DNA of 64,000 bases, taken from positions 231,198,001-231,262,000 of the forward strand of contig OZ024740.1 of the NCBI GenBank assembly GCA_964016885.1, given 5' to 3'. Origin of the DNA: Eledone cirrhosa. Lineage: Eukaryota. Both the position numbers and the translations under genes were made by a program. The notes under the pieces are model-generated. The model was not told where the DNA came from, did not search any database, and worked only from the letters and a program-made list of their open reading frames with translations. Positions 10,920-27,319 of the stretch are shown piece by piece (the stretch's first letter is position 1; every line of letters begins with the position of its first letter).

Positions 10920-11413
10920 AAGACATGGTCATCTGACTTGGCTTGTCTCACAACAGGACAACTCATCTAGTCCATGCAAAATGGACGTTAAACGATGATG
11001 ATGATGATGATGATTACACACTGTAAATGTGGTTTGCATTAGGTTGGTATGAGCAAGACATTGTCACCTGATCTGACTTGTCTCACAATAGGACAACTCG
11101 TCTAGCCCAATGGATGTTAAATGGTGGTGGTGATTATGATATCATCATCATCACCGTTTTACGTCCGTTCTTCTACGCTAGCATGGGTTAGACGGATTGT
11201 CCTGTTGTGGGCAGTGTCTGGTCGGCTGACCATGCCTTGCTCATACAGGAACTGATTTGGCTTGATTTCTACAGCTGGATGCCATTCCTAACACCAACCT
11301 CATTTACAGTGAGTGCTGGGTGCTTTTTCGTGGTGCCTACACGTCCACTTTACAGTGTGGGCTGGGTGCTTTTTTGCCGTGGCACCTCCACGACCACCTT
11401 TCGGTGGGGGGTA
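10920..11413. mobile_element. Stacked RTE-type 3' ends: two + tails, then a - strand RTE-A UTR (11142-11413) tail to tail
   Basis: gacgttaaac(gat)n twice, then (atc)n accgttttacgtccgttc, matching the inverse of 1275-1545. Confidence 0.8.
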
Positions 11414-11489
11414 GGAGATGGTCACATCTGGATTGCTTTTTATCATAGGTCATTAGAACATTCATTCAAGGTTGATAATAGTAATGTAT

Positions 11490-11820
11490 TTAAGGTGGTA
11501 AAATGGCAGCGTCATTAGAATATCGGATAGAATGCTTTAGTGTATTCGTTCTGGCTCTCTACTCTCTGAGTTCAAATCCTGTCAAGGTGAACTTTGCCTT
11601 TTATCCATTCGAGGTTGATAAAAAAAAGTACCAGTCAAGTACTAGGGTTGATTCTTCCTCTAAATCTCTTTCTCACTTCCATTCTCACACTCTCTATCCT
11701 TCTCTGAAAGAAATCTGCTGTATTCAGATCTGGAGAGGAGCTGGGCTCTGCCAGGTTTAAAAATGCCCTAGAAACACCATATGTCGATATGGTGCCCCTA
11801 CGATTCCCTCAGGCGTTACA
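11490..11820 (+). mobile_element. S1 SINE fused to unclassified repeat U (also at 20010-20172 and 57870-58010)
   Basis: B-box and gataaaaaaaagtacca followed by ..gaaatctgctgtattcagatctggagaggag..aaatgccc; three copies in the window. Confidence 0.6.
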
Positions 11821-12029
11821 TGCATGTAATGTATTTAAAGTTGATTCTATCATCTATCCCTCTCCTCTAGAAGAAAAACAGAAAAGCAAAAGCTTAATAC
11901 TATTTCTACAAAAAGTGGGATAGGATATGTGTCTACACAAAATAATTACATGCAAATTCAACCTTATCCTACTCTGAAATCAATCATCGACAAGAGATCA
12001 ATCACATAAATGATGCAACAATCTTACAA

Positions 12030-12892
12030 ATCATCATCATCACTGTTTAACATCTATTTTTCCACACGAGCATGGGTTAGATGAGTTACCACATTGTGTG
12101 ACAACCAGGTCAGGTGACCATGTCTTGTTCACACACAACTGTTTCTGGCTTGGTTTCTATGGCTGGATGCCCTTCCTAATGTCAACAGCATTAACAGTGT
12201 GTAATCATCATCATCAGTATCACCACTATTTAATGCCCATTTTTTTCATGCTAGCATGGGTTGGATGAATCGTCCCATTGTAAAACAAGTCAGATCAGGT
12301 GACCATGTCTTGCTCATACAGAATTGGTTCTGGCTTGGTTTCTATGGCTAGATGCCTTTCTTAACGGCAACCACATTTACCGTGTGGGATGGGGGCTTTT
12401 TGCCGTGATGCCTACATGACCACTTTACTGTGTTTGTCGAACACTTTTTGTTATGACCCCTACACGAACACTTTACTCTGTGGGCTGGGCACTTTTTGTC
12501 ATGTCGCCAACACAACCACTTTACAGTGTGGATTGGGTGTTTTTTTGCTGTACCACCTACACAACCACATTACAGTGTGGGCTGGGTACTTTTTGTCGTG
12601 TCACCAAAACAACCATTTTACAGTGTGGGCTGAGCACTTTTTTGCTGTGACACCTACACAACCACTTTACTCTGTGGGCTGGGCACTTTTTGTCATGTCG
12701 CCAACACAACCACTTTACAGTGTGGATTGGGTGTTTTTTTGCTGTACCACCTACACAACCACATTACAGTGTGGGCTGGGCACTTTTTGTCGTGTCACCA
12801 AAACAACCATTTTACAGTGTGGGCTGGGCACTTTTTGTTGTGACTCCTACATGACAACTTTACAGTGTGGGTTGGGTGCTTTTTGTTGTGAC
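12030..12892 (-). mobile_element. Old RTE-type 3'UTR fragments with an expanded ~44-bp internal unit (about 12375-12890)
   Basis: (atc)n tail, catgggtt, ggatgcc, then about 11 copies of cactttacagtgtgggctgggcacttttt. Confidence 0.75.
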
Positions 12893-13789
12893 ACACACAC
12901 AGATATATATATCAAGCATATACATTAAATATATATATATCCATATAAACTGATCAGAGTCTGTTACCAAGTCAAGAAATGCACTCTTAGGAAAGAGTAA
13001 TGTTATATTTAAAAAGATCATTTGTAATTAAGTTTATCTTTCAAAGAAAAAGGTGGCATTGACTTCAAAATATCATGTTGGAAAATTTTAATCTAAATAG
13101 GAACCCTTTAAAACATGTGGTTTTTGGAGGTTTTGTATTGTAGAATCAGAGGCGGTGGGTGGTTTTCAAAAGAGTTAATTAATGACTAATATTAATTTTA
13201 GTTATTTCAACAATATGTCTGAACATGTTTGGATCTTAATATGACCTCACCTATAACTGGCTAGATATGCTTTTTGGATGAGATCCATGCAAAACTAAAA
13301 AAGTAAATTCTATATTTCACAACAGTTAACCCATTAGTTACTAACCCAGCCAAAACTGGCTCTGGTCCTATGAAATAAAACAACCCATTTTAAAGGTTTT
13401 CAATTTAAATTAAAATCTTCCAACATAATTTTATATAAGAACCTTACATTAATTTACTATCTTAGTAATGAAATAATTAATAATTTTAGTAAGTCCCTCA
13501 AAATTCTTCATTAATTAATTGAAATAGAGTGTATTTCATTAAAAATGCAGTCATGAAAGGGTTAAGAATGTTGATTTTAAGTTGAATTTAGAACATAAAA
13601 AAAAAAATAAAACAAAACAACGAAAGATGCAAATTCCTTGCTGATTTCCCTTTTAGTTTTTAAATGTCCTTAATTCAACAAAATCAATAATATCGATTTC
13701 ACAAGATTTCACTTTTACTTTATGATGGCAATGATAACCCACATCAAGTCAGGAAGCTGACAGTATCGTTAAAGAATTAAACAAAATCA

Positions 13790-14325
13790 TTGTTGTCATC
13801 ACAGTTTTATGTCTGTTTTTCATCTTGCCATGGATTAGTAGGGTTGTCATGTACTGAGATTTCACAGGTCAGATGACCATGCATTACTCATGCATCCCAT
13901 TTTGGTTTGGTTTCTATAGCTGGATGCCCTTCTTAATTGTAACCACTTGACACTATGTACTGGGTGTATTTTATCATGGCACCAACACCATCACCTTACA
14001 GAGTGAACCGGGTACGTTTTATCATGGCACTAACGCTTAACACTTTACAGTGTGGACTAAGTGTTTTTTATCATGGCACTAGCACCACTACCTTACAGGG
14101 TGGACTCGGAACATTTTATCATAGCACCAGCATCACCACCTTACAGGGTGAACTAGGTACATTTGATCAAGACACCAGCACTAATACCTTACAGGGTGAA
14201 CTGGGTACATTTTATCATGACACCAGCACTAACACCTTATAAAGTGAACCAGGTGCTTTTTATTTTGGCACCAGCACTACCACCTTACAGGGTAGACTGG
14301 GTGCTTTTTATCATGGCACCAACTC
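13790..14325 (-). mobile_element. Old RTE-type 3'UTR with a ~43-bp unit expansion
   Basis: tagctggatgcccttc followed by repeated ccttacagggtgaactgggtacattttatcatggcaccagcac. Confidence 0.7.
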
Positions 14326-17300
14326 TACAATCTATAGTCTTGCAGCATTTAGTTACAGTCTTTTATGTTCCTGAGTTCAAATCTCAGTGAGGTCAACTTG
14401 CTTTTTATCTCTCCAGTGTCAATAAAGTACAGTGAAGTACTGATGTCAATTTAATATTCCTATAAATCATTGTAGGTGTGAATGGAGTTTTAATAGACTT
14501 CATGACTGGCTCAGAAATTTAATATAAAAATCAATGGGATCAACGTTAGAAGTAGAAAGTGCATGGCTTCTGCTCCAAATTCTTGATGGAATCACTAAAG
14601 ATTTCTTGAGTTGTCAAAGTGGTTATAGATTGAATAAATATGATTCATCATCATCATCAATGCTTTTATGCCTGTTTTTCTCTGCTGATATAGGTTGGTT
14701 GAGACTTTTCTATAGCAGAACTTTACAGTTAGATGCCATTCCTATTAAGAACCTTCTATGCTTTTTTAAAAGTAGGATATGGAATTTTTGCATGTCTAGC
14801 TGCTGAGCTGTGGAACTTCTGTTTTTGTGGGACATAAACAAATACACTTGACTGCACAAGTGAAGTAAAATATGAAGCAATAAAAAACAAACACACATAC
14901 ATACATGTACATACTCTCTCTCTCACACACACATACATAATGGGCTAAAAATAGTTTCTGTCTACTAATTCTTCTTACAAGGCATTTGTCAACCTGAGGT
15001 TGTATTAAAAGACATATGCATGAGGTCTCATGTAATGTGATAGAACCCAAAACTATAAGATTGCAAAATGAACTTCTTAACCACACCGTATTTGGTTTTA
15101 TTCAGTAAAAGATATTATCCAATGAGTCCTTTCCACTTTTTAAAGATAGTGTGATATGAGGGAGATTTGGCAGTGGTTTCTAACAGATCAAGTGACCACA
15201 TAGGGGCTTACTCATTGGCTTGTACATTTTATGTTAATTAGTTAAGTGTAACATTAACTGTACTAAAGGGAATTGAATAAGTCTTAGATTATCATGCAGT
15301 ATATTAGTGTAGTGTCAGAAATATTAGGGAGCAGTGGTGTAGCTAGTGCAGTGTCAGAAGTACTGGGAGTTGTGGGAGAAGTGATGTAGTTAGAGCTTGT
15401 GTAGCTCTTGTTTCAGACCCTCTACCCCTGAAAAAAACAAAAAGAAAAAAAAAACACAACACATATCAACCATACAAATGCCTCCCCATTGCTTCTTTAG
15501 CTATGATGTTCACTGAAAATACTGGATTAAATGTTTAATTTCGTCCAGGTTTCAAATCTCTTCAAGGTCAACTGCACTTTTCATTCCTCTAACCAAAATG
15601 AAAATACAGTACTCTTGTACTGTGGCTAATAGAATTGACTCTACTCCATTTCACATTTCTGGCTAGGTGCCTGATGTAAGAAATTATCATATATGTCTGT
15701 TTTTCTGTATTGGCATGGATTGGAAGAGTTTTTACAAACCTAGTTTGTACTTAACAGGAGCCACTCTCCTACTAAATGGCTTAAAGGACCATATCTCACT
15801 CAATAAGTTCCATTTTTGGCATGGTTTCTACAGCTGGATGACCTCTTAACTCTAGCTATTTTACAGATTGTATTGGATACATTTTATCAGGGCACTATTG
15901 CTAAAGTTGTCATGTCCTTCATGTGGTTGATGAGTCCTCTTGACCCTTATGGTATGGCTTCTATAGCTGGATGCCATTCCTACTTCCTAATACCATTGCC
16001 ATTACAGAGTGTACTGGGTGTGTTTTATTGTGGCACCAGCATGCAAGAGAGGTTGTAATGCTCTAGATGTGACTGACTAATTGAAGAGTCCTCTCTACTC
16101 TATCTTGTTATTGTTAGAACATCAACAAGTTTAGTGTACTGAGAACTTTTTAATATTTGTAAAAAAAGTGTTTACTTATTTAAATAACTCTATTTCCATT
16201 CGTGTTCACTACAAAACTGTTGGAATTAATATATGGTATAATTTTCTTTTCTTTTATGTAAAAACATTTTTGCTGATGAAAGAAATCTTTTTATATCATT
16301 TTTATTATTTATTGTTGATAATAATTTTTTTTAACAGAAATAACATATTTTGCCTTTTGTATCTGTGAATATAGGTCATATAGATTTACATATTTCTATA
16401 GTTTAGTGCTTAATATCTTTAACAAAGAGAATCAGAGAATAATAGAACAGTATTTAAACTTTCGTTACCATATTTCTAATCTTCCTGCATATGAGTTTGT
16501 CTCAGGTTATTGTCATTTACCTGATCAAAATCAGAGATCAGTGATAAGTTCCCAGGGCCTACTGTGAGAAGTTTGGCAAACTTGGGCTCCACCATATTTC
16601 TAATGAAATACACCGTATTTGAGTAAATTAATGAAGAATTTGGAGAGATTTACTAAAATGTTTTTATTAAGATGATATTTATAATATAACTTAATAAAAG
16701 ATTCCTATATAAAATTATGTTGGAAAATTTTAATTTAGATAGGAACCCTTTAAAAAGTGTTGTTTTATTTCATAGAACTAGAGGTGGTTTTGGGTGGGTT
16801 GATATCAAAAGCATGTTGTCCAACACTACCAATACTGCCAATCCAAATAACAATTTGTAATATTGGTTCAAGGTTATACATTTTGAAGTAAGAATGCAGT
16901 CATGTCTCATAAACTATGTTCCTCTCCAAGGCACTGGCTTCAGTAAGTTTTTTTTTTTATGTATGTAAAACCAACAGTCACCCATGCATGCAAGTTTTCC
17001 CTCTCCATGCCATCAATGTTGTCCAAGGGGAAGATAAATGCTGATACAGTTTGGCTCCACTGATGTGGCAGATAAACTCAGAATTAAAAGAACTGAAAGT
17101 GATATCACCGGACATCATCTCTGATCCTGTAACTATTCTACCAATCAACTTACTGCTCTGGACTGGGACTTTATCTATCAACCTTCAAAAAAGGTGAAAA
17201 GCGAAGTTGACTTTGGCAAGATTTGAAATCAGAATGCAAAGTGCCAGAACAAATATATCATGAGGCATTTAAAATTGACATGCTAGTTCACTGATTCTAC

Positions 17301-19479
17301 TAGTTTGTTGCCCTCTAAATATTTATATATACAATATACCAATATTTATTTAGGATGACTAAATGAGTTTTCTACTATTTTATTTTCTGTTATATTGTTA
17401 TTTATAGGTATTAAGTGCTAAGAGACATTTTTCTTGTTTTCTTGTTCTCATTGGGTAACAACTAAATGTGACCGGTTTTTTCTTTACTTTTCACTACACC
17501 ACTCTGCAAAGGTGTGTGACATAGTAGTTAACATGCTAGACTCAAGATTATAAGGATGTTGGTTTGATTCCTGGACCAAGCAGCATGTGTTCTTGAACAA
17601 AATACTTTATTTCACATTCTTTCTGCCAGGAGCTGCATTCAGCAGATAGTGTCAGCAATGGAAAGACTGATGGGAACAAAGGTTCTTTTGTCTAATCTGA
17701 CATTAAACTCTTTACTTTCCTTTCTTTTTCCATATTATAAATTAAAGGATACTAGCCATTCTGCTTTTCTGTGTAGGATATTTAATCAAATATCCTACAC
17801 AAATAGGGAAATGGACTAAGTCATTTGAACATAGAACAAAATGACTTGCACTATTTGTTTTTGGCTTTCTACACTCAACTTTGAGGTCAACTTTGTTTTT
17901 CATCCTTTTAGAAGTCATTGATATAAAATATTGGTCAAAGGAAGTGAATTGGCAGAATTGTTAATACATCAGGCAAGATGCCTTTCGATATTTATTCCAT
18001 CTCTTGGCGTTCCAAGTTCAAATCTCACTGTGGCTTACTTGGGTGGTAGTCTTAAACTGTCACTTGGTTAGACATCATCAACTGGTCCTTGGGTGTCTTT
18101 TTGTGGGATCTAAACTGTTGCAAGCATTCGGAGCAAGTCTCCAGTTTCAGGACATCTTCCTACCTTCCACTAATGACAGAGACCTTGAAAAAGGTCATAG
18201 ACTCTGCCCTTCTCTCCTTGACTAAACAGTTAAAAATATAATAGTATAGTTAATATGAACTATTGTGAGATATGTAATAAATGACTGATAAGTTTCAAAA
18301 AGCTGGTAGAATGCAGTAGAAAAATATAAAGAGAAAAGGATGACAAATAAACCCCCAAAAAGTAATGTTTTACCTAACTCTAACTATTTTAACATGATAT
18401 TTCAGGGCTATTGCTATCTTTTCAAATGTGAAATGGGAACGGCTCAAAACAAAAATAAACAGTCAATGTATTCTTTCCTAACTGGTCTGCATATCCGTTT
18501 CACAATTGAAAAGAGAGTAAGGGTAATAGCTCTGAAATATTATGTTGAAATATACTGGGTAAAATATTACTTTGTTTTATTTGTCATCCTTTGCCCTTTA
18601 TATATTTCTACTGCAATATACCAACTTTTTGAAATACTTAGTTTAAAATATGTTTATTTCTTATTAAAATATTGTGAATCAAACCATTGAATTACATTAT
18701 ATAAATTAACATTTGAAAAAAAGTAAGAAAAATAAGATAAAATAATTGATTTCTCTTAGCATATATTTCAGCAGTGTTATAATTCACATTGAAAAAAAAA
18801 AAAAATTTATTTGTTTGTTATATTATCAAACTACATTGGAAAAATGGACGTTAAATGGTGATGATGATGATGGTGGTTATGGTGATGACGACGATGATGA
18901 TGATTCTTTTGTATTATTTATTGTTTTACCTCTGTTTATAAAATGTTTTCCAATTTATTATTTTATTTTCAAGACCTTTACATTATTATCAATATATATA
19001 AACTGAGTTGCACTAGATGAACTCTGAATGAGTGACTCTTTGATCAAAAGTATTCCAGCTGTGACTAACTGTCTCACCTTTTTATTTCTAGTGTATCTAG
19101 AACTATGTTTTTAATTGTGTCCTTCTTGTTTAACCCATTAATTATCTTATTTCTAATGAAAGACACTTCTTATAATTTTCAAATACCTTTGAAAATAAAA
19201 AAAAAAGTATTACTATGGTGTCTGAAACATAGTTTAACAAATGGTTCTTATTTAAGATTGTGATGAAAGGTTTTAGATAAATACAAAAGCTTTAAAATAA
19301 TCAGTGTTTGGTCAGTTTGGTACTAAATAGTTTAACTTTTTTGATACCAGCCTACCCCAAACTGGCTCATGTTCTATGAAAAAACACCAACCATTTTTAA
19401 TGGGTTATTACTTGAATTAAAATCATTCAACCCAATTTTATATAAAAACTATATGTTAAGTTACCATCTTCCAATCCAA

Positions 19480-19800
19480 TCCAATACAGGGCTTTCTCAC
19501 TCATGTTGGAGGAACCCCTCCTGGTTGACCTCTACTGCTTTCTGTTTGGTTTTGGTCATACCAGGGGTGTGGCCAATTGCAGGTTGGTGAAGCTATTAGG
19601 GTGAATGCCCATTGTCTCTGAGAAGTTCATCCACCTTTTTAATAGTTCTTGTTTTTTATGCTGCTGGGGTTCTACTTATTCTCCTCACCTCACCTCACCA
19701 GGCCAGGGTCTGGTGGGTCAGTTTAGTTTCTGACCACTCAACCATGAAGCAGGTTGTATTGGATTACATGGTAACAGTAGCAGGCAGAAGCCTGACCTGA
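19480..19800 (-). mobile_element. Diverged copy of the RTE-type 5' leader seen at 47463
   Basis: Reverse complement tcaggtca..tgctactg..catgta..tacaacctg..tcatggt..actaaactg..gtgaggag..aaaaaacaa. Confidence 0.6.
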
Positions 19801-20676
19801 TCATAGTTACCATCTTAGTAATGAAATAATTGATAATTGTAGTAAATCTCTCAAAATTTTTCATTTCATTAGAAAAATGGTCATGAAAATGTTAAGACAG
19901 GAATGTGTGATTTAAAGGAGATTTAGCTACCACTTCTAGAAGTTTGAGCAACCACATTGAAGACCCTTATTGGCTTAAGCTATACTGAGTTTGATTCTAA
20001 CTGGGATAGATTCTTCCTCTATATCTCTTTCTCACTTCCCCTCTTTCATTCTCTATCCTTCTCCGGAAGAAATCTGTTGTAGTCAGACCTGGAGAGGAGT
20101 TGGGTTCCACCAGGTTTAAATAAGATGCACTAGAAATGCTGTATGTAGTGACCCTACGACTCCCTCAGAAGTAATGGGACTCACACATAAAATATTTTAC
20201 AAATGTATATATATATATATATATATAAGTATGTACGATTTTGAGTATTTAAAAATGTTTAAAATCAAGCATTATAATCAAGCATTGACAATGCTCAAGA
20301 CATACTGTATATCACTCTGGCGCCCCTACAACTCCATCAGAAGTCATGAGACCATACCATACCACACTGAGCGATAGTAAGTGTGTAAAATAGAGAAGTA
20401 AGCTGGCAGTCAGTCAAGTCCATGACCTGGTTTCAAATCCTAGTTGTAGCTATTTCACTTCAGCAACTTCATAAGAGATCTTTTTTTTAAAAAAAAAAGA
20501 AGTATCAATGTTAGAAAATACCATTCCTTCAATCTTTGAATCTAAAGTATTTATGTCTGTGAGAAATCAATTAAAGCAAACAGATATTTGGAGATTAAAC
20601 ATTTTTCACTTCTTATCACTTGTTGTTGCATGAAACAATGATGGTTTTAGGCTACAGCATCAAAGAAGTATTACTA

Positions 20677-20713
<37 letters not shown>

Positions 20714-20723
20714 CTATATCTAT

Positions 20724-21281
20724 ATCATCATCATCATCATCATCATCAACGTTTAACGTCCGTGTTCCACGCTTGCATGGGTTTGGACGGGGGTAGTCCC
20801 ACTTGAGGCAAGAGTGATTGTCTTGCTCGCATAGGACTGTCTGGCAGGTTTTCTACAGTTGGATGCCCTTCCTAACACCAACCACATTTACAGTGTGGGT
20901 CTGGGAGGTTTTTACCGTGTTGCCTACACGGCCACATTACAGCGTGGACTGTGTGTTTTTTGTCGTGACACCTACACGATCTCATTTGTTTCGGCCTCGA
21001 TGGCGCGGCACCAACATAACTTTACATAGAACGGGGTGGTGTGGATCGGGTGGGGGTGGTGGGACGGGGTGTATTTTGTTAGAGATGCCTACTGGCTGGA
21101 GTAGGTTTTACTATATATTTAGGTAAGGCGGGTCTTCTCTGTTACTGAGTACCGCCAAAGGTCTCGGTCCAGTGACATTGTCTTGGAGAGGTGTAAGTGT
21201 GTGATGTCGGAGTTTATCAGCTCGTCCCAGGTTTTTCTAGGTCTGCCTATTCCGTGACTACCGTCTATCTTTATTGCCCTG

Positions 21282-21284
<3 letters not shown>
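20724..21284 (-). mobile_element. RTE-B 3' fragment (CRAIKIDG..TEKTRLT*, UTR and tail)
   Basis: Near identical to 4710-5268. Confidence 0.92.
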
Positions 21285-21317
<33 letters not shown>

Positions 21318-21356
21318 CATACACATATATACATACATAATATATATATACATACA

Positions 21357-21723
21357 TAGGCATCTCTAACAAAATACACACCCGTCCCACCACCCCCACC
21401 CCATCCACACCGCCCCCTTCAATGCAAAGTTATGTTGGTGCCACAACATCCAGGCCGAAACAAACGAGATCGTGTAGGTGTCACGACAAAAAAACACACA
21501 GTCCACGCTGTAATGTGGCCGTGTAGGCAACACGGTAAAAACCTCCCAGTCCCACACTGTAAATGTGGTTGGTGTTAGGAAGGGCATCCAGCTGTAGAAA
21601 ACCCGCCAGACAGTCCTATGCGAGCAAGACAACCACTCTTGCCTCAAGTGGGAAAGCCCCCGTCCAAACCCATGCAAGCGTGGAACAGGGACGTTAAACG
21701 ATGATGATGATGATGATGATGAT
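21357..21723 (+). mobile_element. RTE-B 3'UTR-only copy, inverted relative to 20724
   Basis: UTR homology and (GAT)n tail. Confidence 0.9.
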
Positions 21724-21765
21724 ACATATATATACATATATATACATATATATATATATACATAC

Positions 21766-21812
<47 letters not shown>

Positions 21813-22025
21813 CATATATATATACATATATATACATATATATATACATATATATACATATACATATATATATACATACATATATATATACATACATATA
21901 TATATATATACATACATATATATATACATACATATATATATATATATATACATACATATATATATATACATACATATATATATATATACATATATATACA
22001 TACATATATATATACATATATATAC

Positions 22026-22084
<59 letters not shown>

Positions 22085-22195
22085 CATATATATACACATA
22101 TATATATATATATACATATATATACACATATATATATATACATACATATATATACACATATATATATATACATACATATATATACATATATATAC

Positions 22196-22228
<33 letters not shown>

Positions 22229-22513
22229 CATATATACATATATAGGTGTAGGTGTCACGACAAAAAAACACACAGTCCACGCTGTAATGTGGCCGTGTAG
22301 GCAACACGGTAAAAACCTCCCAGACCCACACTGTAAATGTGGTTGGTGTTAGGAAGGGCATCCAACTGTAGAAAACCTGCCAGACAGTCCTATGCGAGCA
22401 AGAAAATCACTCTTGCCTCAAGTGGGACTACCCCCGTCCAAACCCATGCAAGCGTGGAACACGGACGTTAAACGTTGATGATGATGATGATGATGATACA
22501 TATATATATATAC

Positions 22514-22566
<53 letters not shown>

Positions 22567-22638
22567 TACATATATACATATATATACATATACATATATA
22601 TATACATATACATATATATATATATTATATATACATAC

Positions 22639-22687
<49 letters not shown>

Positions 22688-22695
22688 TACATATA

Positions 22696-22747
<52 letters not shown>

Positions 22748-22756
22748 CATATATAC

Positions 22757-22793
<37 letters not shown>

Positions 22794-22900
22794 CATATAT
22801 ATAGATATATACATATACATATATATAGATATATACATATATATATATATATATACATATAGATATATATATATGTATATATCTATATATATATATATAT

Positions 22901-22939
<39 letters not shown>

Positions 22940-23033
22940 CATACATACATACATACATACATACATACATACATACATACATACATACATACATACATAC
23001 ATACATACATACATACATACATACATACATACA

Positions 23034-23097
<64 letters not shown>

Positions 23098-23103
23098 CAT
23101 ATA
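21724..23103. repeat. Degenerate (TA)n/TACA arrays interrupted by an RTE-B UTR fragment (22243-22497, +)
   Basis: AC-type interruptions on the + strand; (ACAT)n block at about 22935-23060. Confidence 0.95.
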
Positions 23104-24243
23104 TAATATAACTTAGAGTTTACACTCAATGGGGTCATTTACAATTATTTCAGCTCTAAGAATCACTTCTGAACAGTATAAATTAATATATGATAAACAT
23201 TTACATGTTTTAGTTGCAATTGACTAATAAAATTGTTAGAATGAAATATCTTAATTCAAATACACATAGTTTGCCTGTACGATCTAAAAAATAATAAATC
23301 AATACTCACAAACCCATATGGGCAAAAGGCCTTGGTACCTAGACACATTTAAATTTCAAAATACAAACTTTTTCTGCAGATCGGTCAGAACTTCAAACTT
23401 TAAACATGTTTCACAAAGGATGGTATAATAGTGGAATAATTAATTAATTAGCAGTGAGTTAATTAATTTTCTGTGTTTATCAATAGGTACCCAGATAAAT
23501 TAAGTAACTTCACCTCAGAAAAATATCTAAGGTCTGGTTAACGTAGTGAAAATACAAGAGGTTTTGCACACGACTTATTCCAGTCCTCTAACCTCCCACA
23601 CTCATAGTGCTAGAAATAACAGCCGTTTATATGGGATTACAAATTCAGCTCGACTGAGGGAGCAGTAATATAATATAACTTAGAGTTTACACTCAATGGG
23701 GTCATTTACAATTATTTCAGCTCTAAGAATCGCTTCTGAGCAGTATAAATTATATATTATTGCTCCCTCAGTCGAGCTGAATTTGTAATCCCATATAAAC
23801 GGCTGTTATTTCTAGCACTATGAGTGTGGGAGGTTAGAGGACTGGAATAAGTCGTGTGCAAAACCCCGTGTATTTTCGCTACGTTAACCAGACCTTAGAT
23901 ATTTTTCTGAGGTGAAGTTACTTAAATTTATCTGGGTACCTATTGATAAACACAGAAAATTAATTAACTCACTACTAAATAATTATTTCACTATTATACC
24001 ATCCTTTGTGAAACATGTTTAAAGTTTGAAGTTCTGACCGATCTGCGGAAAAAGTTTGTATTTTGAAATTTAAATGTGTCTAGGTACCAAGGCCTTTTGC
24101 CCATATGGGTTTGTGAGTATTGATTTATTATTTTTTAGAACGTACAGGCAAACTATGTGTATTTGAATTAAGATATTTCATTCTAACTAGTTTATTAGTC
24201 AATTGCAACTAAAACATGTAAATGTTTATCATATATTAATTTA
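23104..24243. mobile_element. Partial-tandem plus inverted ~570-bp non-coding unit (PLE terminal repeat or retrozyme-like, family P3)
   Basis: 23104-23185 is repeated directly at 23671-23751. About 23180-23671 is inverted at 23752-24243. Confidence 0.6.
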
Positions 24244-26581
<2,338 letters not shown>

Positions 26582-26699
26582 CGTGTGTCTTTTTTTAACT
26601 ATTGATCAATATTTGGTACTGGGCTGATTGATGAAAGAAGTAGAAGGAAAGATTGGAGACTAAGTGACATGCAAATATATACTTATTTATCATTATTTA

Positions 26700-26876
26700 C
26701 TTGGCAGTATTGGTAGAGGGTCGGACATGCTTTCTAGCATAGTTATGTCTCTTTATGATCTGATTTCAAATCCCGCCGAGGTTAACTTTGCTTTCATCCA
26801 TACGGGGTCGATAAAATAAAGTACCAGTAATGTACTGGTTATTTGTTGGCCTTGGTCCAAAAGTAGAAACAATTAT
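26700..26876 (+). mobile_element. S1 SINE
   Basis: tggcagtattggtagagggtcggac..tcaaatcccgccgaggttaactttgc..gtcgataaaataaagtacc. Confidence 0.85.
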
Positions 26877-27319
26877 TTACTTCAATTAAGGTCCAACTGG
26901 GACCATTATCATTAAAACACCTAAGAGACCTCCTATGAAATGCAGCCACATAGGAGGTTGGCTAAACATATGTAGGCGTGAGCCATAACAATGTTAACTC
27001 TTTCATTACTAACCTGCCCCGCAAAACCATTTCTGGTTCTATGAAAAAAAACAAAAAAACCCATTCACCTTAAAGGTTTTTTATTTAAATTCTAATCTAA
27101 CATAATGTTATTTAAGAACCATATGTTAAATTACTGTCTTTGTATTGAAATGATTAATAATTTTAATAATCCTTCAAAATTCCTAATTAGAAATATGGTT
27201 ACGAAAAGGTTATCTTCACTTACATGCCCTTGTGGCAAATAAAGAAATCTATCTTCACTTACTGACAGAATATAATATAGTCTTGTTGTTGTTTATTCCT
27301 TGATCATCTCTTATTGTTC

